Shown one piece after another: positions 1 to 6,770 of a stretch of 19,447 bases of DNA (positions are counted from its first letter, which is position 1; every line of letters starts with the position of its first letter). The position numbers and the translations under genes were made by a program. The notes under the pieces are model-generated. The model was not told the DNA's origin. It was given only the letters and a program-made list of their open reading frames with translations, and ran no database searches. The stretch covers positions 1-19,447 of the forward strand of contig JBMFNT010000015.1 of the NCBI GenBank assembly GCA_049970015.1, written 5' to 3'. Source of the stretch: Candidatus Micrarchaeia archaeon. GTDB lineage: Archaea > Micrarchaeota > Micrarchaeia > CAILAH01.

Positions 1-140
1 CCCCGCGGTTGTCTTCCCAAATTATCCTGAATATCCCGAGGGGGGATCAGGAATCAAGGAAAACTGAGGGGGGACGCTTCCCCCCGCGGTTGTCTTCCCA
101 AGGAAACCGGTAGGGGGTGGAACCCCCTGCGGTTGGCTTT
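1..140 (-). other. Putative long tRNA intron (37/38) or split-tRNA trailer, >140 nt, truncated by the window edge
   Basis: Directly follows tRNA position 37, is GC-rich, folds into consecutive hairpins, and contains no 3' exon. Confidence 0.65.
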
Positions 141-144
141 CCGA
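1..144 (-). repeat. Tandem ~43-nt hairpin repeat units with a conserved 20-nt core
   Basis: CCCCGCGGTTGTCTTCCCAA is identical at 1-20 and 82-101, with a 16/20 copy at 125-144. CAAGGAAA is shared at 55-62 and 99-106. Confidence 0.85.
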
Positions 145-179
145 AGCCGGACGCTCTATCCAGGTTGAGCCACGGGCCC
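141..179 (-). tRNA. tRNA-Arg(TCG), 5' exon/half (positions 1-37); 3' exon not in window
   Basis: Minus strand reads GGGCCCG-TG-GCTC-AACCTGGATA-GAGC-G-TCCGG-CT-TCG-G: acceptor 5' strand, paired D-stem, D-loop GGA (A20, Arg identity element), anticodon-stem 5' strand and TCG anticodon. The expected continuation (N-CCGGA and a T-arm) is absent from 1-140. Confidence 0.9.
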
Positions 180-203
180 ATAAAGGAAAATTAGTGTAGA
201 TTC

Positions 204-211
204 TTTTTAAA
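204..211. promoter_or_regulatory. TATA box candidate between the divergent tRNA-Arg and herA genes
   Basis: TTTAAAAA on the minus strand lies 25-32 nt upstream of tRNA position 1, preceded by a purine-rich BRE-like AAAAAAAGAG. The same bases read TTTTTAAA on the plus strand, 23-30 nt upstream of ATG 234. Confidence 0.55.
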
Positions 212-233
212 CTCTTTTTTTGATAATTAAATT

Positions 234-1745
234 ATGCCAAAGATTGGCACAGTCGTATCAACAATTGATAGTCCAAACACCACAAAGTTTGCCTTTGTGA
301 TAAATGATGATGCGGTTGGCCTGGTAAGGAAGGGGCAGTTTATTGAGTTGGAGCACGAGAACGGAAAACTCATTGCAACTGTTCGTGATATATTTAGATC
401 CAACAGGTATTTTGAGCGTGCTGAGAGTGTTGCCGAATATGAGCGCACAGGCATCTTATCATCCCATTTTCCAGTGAAAGAGTGGAATTATACGGTTGCA
501 GAGGCAGGCATTGTAGGGGTTTATGATGACATGGTTTTGCACAGGTGTTCTTTCCCCCCATGTCCCGGCACTGAGGTATATACAGCAGATGAATCGCTTC
601 TTTCTAAGTATCTCGGTTTCAAGAGTAATGGATTAAACATAGGCAAACTGCTAAACCATGCTGTTGATGTCAGGTTAGGCCTTTCAAAGCTGTTTCAAAA
701 GCATGTTGCGATCCTTGCAATGTCGGGTGCAGGAAAAAGCTATCTTGTTGGTGTAATGCTGGAAGAATTACTTAAGAGGCGTGAAGAGGATGGGCAGGTA
801 GGGGTGGTCGTGATAGACATGCACGGTGAATATTCAGGGCTTCGCGAGGCATTTCCAGACAGAGTTACAGTTTATGATGGCTCTAAGGTATGTATAGGGA
901 TGAAGAACTCATCACTTGAAATTTTTCCGTTCTATTACTCATTGAGTGGGCCACAAAAACGCATGCTCAGTACAACATTCAATATGCTGAAGCGATCCGC
1001 AAGGCTCGAGCACAAGCTTTTCACAGTTAAGGACATAATACTTGAGCTTAATTCCATTGATGACAAGAAACAGGCATCAACTCGTGACACTTTAGTGGAG
1101 CATCTGGATTCTCTTTCTAAGATGAGGTTGTTTGGCAAGGTTGATGACCCATCAATATCTTCTCTTGTAAAACCAGGCCAAATAAGTATAATTGATTTGA
1201 GGAATGTTGATAATGAAAGGAAGCGCCAGATAATTGTTACATATTATGCAAAGCGCCTGTTCAATGCAGTCAAGAAAGGAAAGATCCCACCATTTATACT
1301 ATTTATTGAGGAAGCGCATAACTTTGCAGGTGAGAAAGTAAGCCGTGAAGATATGCCATCCAGGCCAGAGATTGAACGCATTGCCCGCGAGGGCAGGAAG
1401 TTTGGTGCTTCATTATGCCTCATTTCACAGAGGCCTGTGAGGTTGAGCACTACTGCACTCTCACAGTGCAACACACACATCATACTCCGTGTCACAAATC
1501 CTTATGATATAAAGCATATTGGGGAGAGCAGTGAAGGTATAGACAATTACATGCTCAACAGCATAACTTCACTCAAGGTGGGTGAGGCATTGATTGTGGG
1601 TGAGGCAGTGGTCCAACCATTATTTGTTCGTGTGCGCAAAAGGGAATATGAATACAATAAGCTTGATGATGATCTTGAAACCATTGCAAAAAAATTCCAG
1701 CTGAAAAACAAGAAGATGATGGATGATGTTGAGGCATTCATCTGA
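234..1745 (+). CDS. herA: HerA-family (DUF87) P-loop ATPase/helicase with N-terminal HAS barrel
   Basis: 503 aa. N-terminal IGTVVS...VRKGQFIE HAS-barrel pattern, KHVAILAMSGAGKS Walker A, IDMHGEY, LFIEEAHNF Walker B, IAREGRKFG arginine finger, SQRP and SQCNT motifs. Confidence 0.85.
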   Translation: MPKIGTVVSTIDSPNTTKFAFVINDDAVGLVRKGQFIELEHENGKLIATVRDIFRSNRYFERAESVAEYERTGILSSHFPVKEWNYTVAEAGIVGVYDDMVLHRCSFPPCPGTEVYTADESLLSKYLGFKSNGLNIGKLLNHAVDVRLGLSKLFQKHVAILAMSGAGKSYLVGVMLEELLKRREEDGQVGVVVIDMHGEYSGLREAFPDRVTVYDGSKVCIGMKNSSLEIFPFYYSLSGPQKRMLSTTFNMLKRSARLEHKLFTVKDIILELNSIDDKKQASTRDTLVEHLDSLSKMRLFGKVDDPSISSLVKPGQISIIDLRNVDNERKRQIIVTYYAKRLFNAVKKGKIPPFILFIEEAHNFAGEKVSREDMPSRPEIERIAREGRKFGASLCLISQRPVRLSTTALSQCNTHIILRVTNPYDIKHIGESSEGIDNYMLNSITSLKVGEALIVGEAVVQPLFVRVRKREYEYNKLDDDLETIAKKFQLKNKKMMDDVEAFI

Positions 1746-1826
1746 TGAACTTGGCTAGCATCTTAGTAGTCTCTTGTTGGGAGGCATTTTATATCTATTC
1801 TTTGTGGCCCAAGCAGTGATAAACAG

Positions 1827-1842
1827 TTTAAATGTTTAAATA
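1827..1842 (+). promoter_or_regulatory. Tandem TATA-like boxes upstream of the RNase H gene
   Basis: TTTAAATG-TTTAAATA, with the first box 23-30 nt upstream of ATG 1857. Confidence 0.45.
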
Positions 1843-1856
1843 CCAATAGTTTAGTG

Positions 1857-2669
1857 ATGCACGCATTAGCACTAATGCAAGATGAGCTTACACAGTTTGA
1901 TGTTCTTATTAGGGAATCGGGCGCGACCAAGTTGAAAAAGACAAACCGCTATGAATACTCTCGGTACAAGCTCGATGCACTCAGTATAATACTCTACTCC
2001 AGTGGTAAGGTGGTTTTTTCTGAATATCCCAAAGAACTTGAGAGACAAATCACCTCATTTTTTATGAACAATGACAAGTGCGAATATCCAACAATAGGTT
2101 CTGATGAGGCCGGTAAAGGGGAGGCCATAGGCCCAGTTATTGTATCTGCAGTGCTACTGAGGGATAAAAGGGAGAGGGCCCTTGCCCGTATGTATGGTGC
2201 AATGGACAGCAAACAGATGAGTAGCGTGCAAATTAATGCAGTATACAACCGTGTAAAACATTTCACTCATTCGACCCGCATGCTTTCTCCTTCTGATTTC
2301 AACAGAGTGTTTTCCAATAATCTTAATGAACTGCTCTGCTCTCTTCATCTCTCTTCACTCCAAGAGGTGTTGAAAAAGGTTAGTGGCAAATGTATTGTAT
2401 ATGTAGACAAGTTTGGCGGGAAGGGGCACGATGAGTACATAAGGAAAGAGATATTGGGCATAAACCCTGAGGCTGATGTCAGTGTACTTACGATGGCAGA
2501 AAAATATCCATCAGTCGCATGTGCGAGCATTATCTCTAAACACGAGTATGAGCGGTGGCTGGATTCTTATGCAGATGAATTAGGCATTGACGACATACGC
2601 AAGATTGACATAAGTAAACTGGGTACAAATATATTGGGCAAGATTGCAAAAGTGAAATACCTGAAGTGA
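1857..2669 (+). CDS. rnhC: Type 2 ribonuclease H, RNase HIII-like (N-terminal TBP-like domain)
   Basis: IGSDEAGKGEAIGP, DSK, VDKF and AEKYPSVACASIISK give a D-E-D-E catalytic set. The ~75-aa N-terminal extension with SIILYSSGKVVF resembles the TBP-like domain, and the C-terminal KIAK fits RNase HIII. Start taken as ATG 1857 (the track starts at GTG 1854). Confidence 0.75.
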   Translation: MHALALMQDELTQFDVLIRESGATKLKKTNRYEYSRYKLDALSIILYSSGKVVFSEYPKELERQITSFFMNNDKCEYPTIGSDEAGKGEAIGPVIVSAVLLRDKRERALARMYGAMDSKQMSSVQINAVYNRVKHFTHSTRMLSPSDFNRVFSNNLNELLCSLHLSSLQEVLKKVSGKCIVYVDKFGGKGHDEYIRKEILGINPEADVSVLTMAEKYPSVACASIISKHEYERWLDSYADELGIDDIRKIDISKLGTNILGKIAKVKYLK

Positions 2670-2679
2670 GGTTTTTGGT

Positions 2680-2934
2680 ATGGAGGGTAATATTGTGTTT
2701 GAGGTGGGAAAATCCATTCAGTTGCGCGTCAAAAGGGATGGCATGTTCCAACGCGTGATATTTAAGATGATTGCAGAGCCATCTCCTGCAGGCAGTTACA
2801 AGCTCTTGGATACAGACAGGCAGATCGGCATAAAAGAACTTACTCAGCTGAGTGATAAGATAGGCCTTCCCGTAAGGGCGGCAGGCATAACTGTTTTTCC
2901 AAAGGGTAAGTCTTCAAAAGATTTTCTGATATGA
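2680..2934 (+). CDS. Hypothetical protein, 84 aa
   Basis: ATG 10 nt after the RNase H stop, GAGGT RBS at 2668-2672, globular-looking composition, no recognised motif. Confidence 0.7.
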   Translation: MEGNIVFEVGKSIQLRVKRDGMFQRVIFKMIAEPSPAGSYKLLDTDRQIGIKELTQLSDKIGLPVRAAGITVFPKGKSSKDFLI

Positions 2935-3223
2935 AAGTGTATTTAAGACCTCAATAGCTATGCTAATCCTTCAAAGTAGAATCCCGAATCTTCCTCGTAA
3001 GGCACGCTCGTCTTGCCACCAATAGATTTTTAGATATAGGTGTTTTGGGCCAGAGATTGCCAAGTTTGTGGAAGAAATGACCAGTGCAATAAAAGAAGAT
3101 CAAGAAAAGAATCCAGACAAACAGGTCGAGCAAGTAATACCTAACGAATTTTTTTTCTTGAGAAGTCTTACGCCCAAGCCTCTCCAAAAGAGTGATAATA
3201 AATGAGCTATGAGCAGAAATGAA

Positions 3224-4678
3224 TTACATAAAATCTGTGAGTGTGCCTGTTCTTCTCATTGGAGTGCTTTTTGTTGACATCCTTTTAACGATCCTTTTCA
3301 TGCTGCGCTCCTTATTTTTTGCTGAGAACAGGTATGCCTCATCCCGTGTGCCTTTTGTTATGAGTATTTTCACATACCCTTTCTTTGCCCTGCCCGCCCT
3401 CCCCCTTCTCTGTATGCTTCTTATCTCACTGGGTATAGGCTCATAAAACACCACATAGTCAACACTTGGTATATCAAGCCCTTCCTCGCCTATTGAGCTT
3501 GCAACCAGTATGTTAAACTCACCTTTCCTGAACTGCTCTATTGTTTCAAGTTGTTGTTTTCTTGTGAACCCTTTCCTCTGGCCGATGAACATCTTGGCAT
3601 TGAACCCGTATGTGTTTAAGATTTTCTCCAGATATTCAATCTGTGCAGTGTACTGTGAGAACACAATATACTTCGCATTGGCATCACTTTGGAGTATACT
3701 TATCAGCTTTTCCATCTTTGGATGTATCACCTTGTTTAACTTAACCCAATTAACAATCTCCTCAAGTCTACCATCCTTCATGAGAAGCTTAGTACCCTTC
3801 GTCTCCCTCTCCCCAAAGTTTTCAACATACTTCAGGAACGCATCCATACTCTGCGTTTCAAGCATCTCAAGTGCATAATCGAGATTGATGGCAGCACTGA
3901 GATATTTCAACGCAAGGTACTTTGACTTTATCCTGCTTTTTGCAATTGCATTCTTGGACTCAATCATCCTTTTCCTACTTGAGCCGAACACTCTAAACCC
4001 ATATCCATTGACCATATGTATATACCACTTGATAAGCTCCCTTAACTTCTCCTTTGCATGCTTATATACCTCGCTTTCCTCAACGAGCACCCAATCAATA
4101 TCCATTTCCTTCACATATGGTGCAACATCCGCATCTGTGTATGTCCTGCTTTCAACATGTGATATGCCAAGCACTTGCTTTATCTCATCGATCTTTGCCT
4201 GCTTGCCGCTTGGGGATGCAGTCAGTCCTAACATGAGTGCGTGCGGCCTGAATACCTGGGCAAGGTGTGCATATGCATAATTCCCAACCGCCCTGTGTAC
4301 CTCATCAAACACAACGAGCCCAAACATCTCTTTTTTGATATAGTCTATATCACTAAGCACAGTTTGGGGTGTTGCAACTATGATGGCATGCTCCCCCCAT
4401 AACCCAACCCTATCCCTCTTGTTTATCTCTCCTGTTATTGCAATTACCTTTTTATCTAACAACTCTGATATTGTTTTTGCGTGCTGGTTTACCAGAGGCT
4501 TTGTCGGGGCAAGGAACAATACTGAGCTTCTTTCTATGATTTTATCCGCAACAAGTATTGCAATAAGTGTTTTTCCTAGGCCGGTTGGAAGCACCACAAG
4601 CGTGTTCCCATTGCGGATTACGGCCTCTGCTATCTCCTTTTGGTATTTCCGTGGTTCTAATACCTGCTTAAGCACCAT
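3224..4678 (-). CDS. Hef/FANCM/Mph1-like SF2 helicase without the C-terminal ERCC4 nuclease domain
   Basis: EPRKYQ, LPTGLGKT, LAPTKPLVNQH, ATPQ, DEVHRAVGNYAY, LGLTASP, HPKM, GEEGLDIP, YEPIPSEIRSIQRRGRAGR. Start could be ATG 4678 or 4684. Confidence 0.9.
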   Translation of the reverse strand: MVLKQVLEPRKYQKEIAEAVIRNGNTLVVLPTGLGKTLIAILVADKIIERSSVLFLAPTKPLVNQHAKTISELLDKKVIAITGEINKRDRVGLWGEHAIIVATPQTVLSDIDYIKKEMFGLVVFDEVHRAVGNYAYAHLAQVFRPHALMLGLTASPSGKQAKIDEIKQVLGISHVESRTYTDADVAPYVKEMDIDWVLVEESEVYKHAKEKLRELIKWYIHMVNGYGFRVFGSSRKRMIESKNAIAKSRIKSKYLALKYLSAAINLDYALEMLETQSMDAFLKYVENFGERETKGTKLLMKDGRLEEIVNWVKLNKVIHPKMEKLISILQSDANAKYIVFSQYTAQIEYLEKILNTYGFNAKMFIGQRKGFTRKQQLETIEQFRKGEFNILVASSIGEEGLDIPSVDYVVFYEPIPSEIRSIQRRGRAGRAKKGYVKILITKGTRDEAYLFSAKNKERSMKRIVKRMSTKSTPMRRTGTLTDFM

Positions 4679-4701
4679 TAACATTATTAAGGTTTGATAT
4701 G

Positions 4702-4709
4702 TTATTTAA
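4702..4709 (-). promoter_or_regulatory. TATA box candidate for the Hef-like helicase gene
   Basis: TTAAATAA on the minus strand, 24-31 nt upstream of ATG 4678. Confidence 0.4.
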
Positions 4710-4724
4710 GCTTTAGGTGATATA

Positions 4725-4925
4725 ATGTCGGAATTACCTGGTGCACCAATCGAACGTCTTATCAAGAGGGCTGGCGCCGAGCGTGTGAGTGATGGCGCAG
4801 TTGTAGCATTAGCAGATGTGCTTGAGGAGATTGGAATACAGATATCGTCGCGTGCGATTAAGCTTGCACGGCATGCTGGCAGGAAGACGGTTACAGAAGA
4901 GGATATAAAGCTGGCACGTATATAA
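4725..4925 (+). CDS. Archaeal histone (HMf family)
   Basis: 66 aa ELP.APIERLIK.AGAERVS...A.HAGRKTV..EDIKLA, with AGGTGA RBS upstream. Confidence 0.97.
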   Translation: MSELPGAPIERLIKRAGAERVSDGAVVALADVLEEIGIQISSRAIKLARHAGRKTVTEEDIKLARI

Positions 4926-4950
4926 AGTACTTGCGGGCTATGTGCCAAAA

Positions 4951-4977
4951 GCATATAAACTTTATATATTTAAATGC
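4951..4977 (+). promoter_or_regulatory. Putative promoter of the ribosomal protein operon
   Basis: AT-rich tract with CATATAAA and TTTATATA boxes upstream of the AGGTG RBS of uS17. Confidence 0.5.
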
Positions 4978-4995
4978 TCCGACAAGGTGTGATTG

Positions 4996-5283
4996 ATGAA
5001 TGAGTGTAATGATGTGAACTGTCCTATGCACGGAAGCTTGAGCACTTACGGTATTGAGCTTTATGGAAAGGTAGTCAGCCTGAAGGCAAAGAAGATGGCG
5101 GTGGTGCAAAGAGAGTATTTGGTGTACTTCCCGAAGTATGAGAGGTACGCAAAGAGAAGGTCAAAACTGCATGCACATGTTCCTTCGTGCATGGAACTGA
5201 GCATTGGTGATAATGTTTTAATAAAGCAATGCAGGCGTCTTAGTAAGACCAAACATTGGGTAGTTATAGGTAAGAAAAGTTAA
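4996..5283 (+). CDS. rps17: 30S ribosomal protein uS17
   Basis: C.D.NCP.HG N-terminus, PKYERYAKRRSKLHAH, CRRLSKTKHWVV. Confidence 0.97.
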   Translation: MNECNDVNCPMHGSLSTYGIELYGKVVSLKAKKMAVVQREYLVYFPKYERYAKRRSKLHAHVPSCMELSIGDNVLIKQCRRLSKTKHWVVIGKKS

Positions 5284-5297
5284 TCAGGTGATGTCCT

Positions 5298-5696
5298 ATG
5301 AGAGCACTCACAGCAAAAATCACAAAGCCGCTTCCTATCGGTGCACAGCTGATATGTGATGATAACAGCGGTGCGAAAGTGCTTGAGATAATAGGGAAGG
5401 TTGGCTATAAGGGTACAAAGTCAAAGTATCCCAGTGCTGGCATATGTGATACAGTGATAGTCTCCGTAAAAAAAGGTGCACCTAAAATCAGGAAGACAAT
5501 TGAACGTGCGCTTGTTGTGCGACAGAGAAAAGAGTTTAAGCGCTCAAACGGTGTTCGTATTATGTTCGAGGACAATGCAGCGGTTTTGGTTGATGAGGCC
5601 GGTCTTCCAAAAGGTACTGAGATAAAAGGGGTAATAGCTAGAGAGGTTGCAGAGAGGTATCCGAAGGTTGCTGCAATTGCGGCCATGGTGGTATGA
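5298..5696 (+). CDS. rpl14: 50S ribosomal protein uL14
   Basis: DNSGAK, VRQRKEFKR..G.RI.FEDNAAV, PKGTEIKG. Confidence 0.98.
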   Translation: MRALTAKITKPLPIGAQLICDDNSGAKVLEIIGKVGYKGTKSKYPSAGICDTVIVSVKKGAPKIRKTIERALVVRQRKEFKRSNGVRIMFEDNAAVLVDEAGLPKGTEIKGVIAREVAERYPKVAAIAAMVV

Positions 5697-6038
5697 ATGA
5701 AAAACTCAAGCAAGCCCCGCAAGCAGAGGAAGTATAGGTACAACTCCCCTATGCACAAGAGACAGGATATGGTATGCGCACATCTTTCAAAGGAGCTTAG
5801 GAAAAGCATAGGGAAGCGCACACTGCGCGTGAAAAAGGGATATGTTGTAAAGGTGCTCCGGGGAAGTAATAAGGGGAAGGAGGGCAAAATAACACGCGTT
5901 TCGCTGAATACTCTTAAGGTGTATATAGAAGGAATAACTAGAAAGAAATCTGATGGCAAGGAAGTGCCATTGCCCATCGATCCATCAAATGTAGTAATAA
6001 CAAGGCTGAGTACGGAGGTTCCAGTGGAGAAGAAATAG
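5697..6038 (+). CDS. rpl24: 50S ribosomal protein uL24
   Basis: SSKPRKQRK, LSKELR, KOW-like V.VLRGSNKGKEGKI, IDPSNVVIT. Confidence 0.97.
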   Translation: MKNSSKPRKQRKYRYNSPMHKRQDMVCAHLSKELRKSIGKRTLRVKKGYVVKVLRGSNKGKEGKITRVSLNTLKVYIEGITRKKSDGKEVPLPIDPSNVVITRLSTEVPVEKK

Positions 6039-6050
6039 TAGGGTGTGTTT

Positions 6051-6770
6051 ATGGCAAAGCATGGTGGAAATAGAACATTAAAACGCCTTGTAGTTTCAAG
6101 CAAGGTTTCAATACCGAGGAAGGAGAAGGTATGGGTGGCTAAGCCTCGTGCGGGTCCTCACCAACTCAGTAGCTGCATGGCCTTATCAACATTTTTGACT
6201 GATGTATTGAAGCTGACGGGCATTTCGAGAGAATCAAAAAAGATAATAAAGGAGGGCAAGGTATTGGTTGATGGTAGAGTTATAAAAGACTACAAGTTCC
6301 CGATTGGATTTATGGACCTGGTAAGTATACCTTCAATAGGCATGACCTTTGTTGTCGATTACGATTCAAAAGGGAGATTAACTGCGCGCAGGAATGATAA
6401 TCTTTCATCTAAGCTGGCAAAAGTGGTAGGCAAGGGGACTATCAAGAATGGCAGACTGCAAATTCACCTTAGCAATGGGTATGCTTTTGAATCTGACAAG
6501 CAATATAATATTGGGGACAGTCTGGAGCTTTCTATCCCAGGCTTTAACGTATTGAGGGTAATACCGCTTGAGGTTGGGGCTAGGTGCATAGTGGTTAAAG
6601 GTAAGAATGCTGGTGAGAGAGGTATAATAAAAACAATTACGGCCGGTACATCAAACCGGAAGGCAATTGTCTCAATTAGCTCAGATTCCGGAAACGAGTT
6701 CAATACACTTAAAGATTATGTATTTGTATTGGGTGATTTCAAGATTATGTCAGGTGATGTCAGTGGGTGA
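6051..6770 (+). CDS. rps4e: 30S ribosomal protein eS4
   Basis: GG...LKRL, PRAGPH, VDGRVIKDYKFPIGFMD, GKNAGERG. ATG 6051 chosen as start. Confidence 0.96.
   Translation: MAKHGGNRTLKRLVVSSKVSIPRKEKVWVAKPRAGPHQLSSCMALSTFLTDVLKLTGISRESKKIIKEGKVLVDGRVIKDYKFPIGFMDLVSIPSIGMTFVVDYDSKGRLTARRNDNLSSKLAKVVGKGTIKNGRLQIHLSNGYAFESDKQYNIGDSLELSIPGFNVLRVIPLEVGARCIVVKGKNAGERGIIKTITAGTSNRKAIVSISSDSGNEFNTLKDYVFVLGDFKIMSGDVSG

Noticed and set aside
101..112. ACCGGT (minus strand) as the start of the tRNA-Arg 3' exon
   Set aside because: It gives a U-U pair at 27-43, has no GAAG at BHB spacing, and no T-arm or acceptor strand follows.
1..144. CRISPR array
   Set aside because: Only two exact 20-nt copies and one degenerate copy, uneven periods (81 and 43 nt), intervening sequences that are themselves related hairpin arms, and no cas genes.
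141..150. Reading the anticodon as CGG (tRNA-Pro)
   Set aside because: It needs an extra base between the D-stem and anticodon stem. The standard register gives TCG, and A20 supports Arg.
1742..1826. Box C/D sRNA starting at CTGATGA after herA
   Set aside because: The motif is the herA stop plus a second TGA, and no D or D' boxes occur at suitable spacing.
2963..3187. 74-aa minus-strand ORF as a real membrane protein
   Set aside because: Non-ATG start, no clear RBS, no recognisable motif. The hydrophobic run can be explained as the antisense of an A-rich plus strand. Not excluded.
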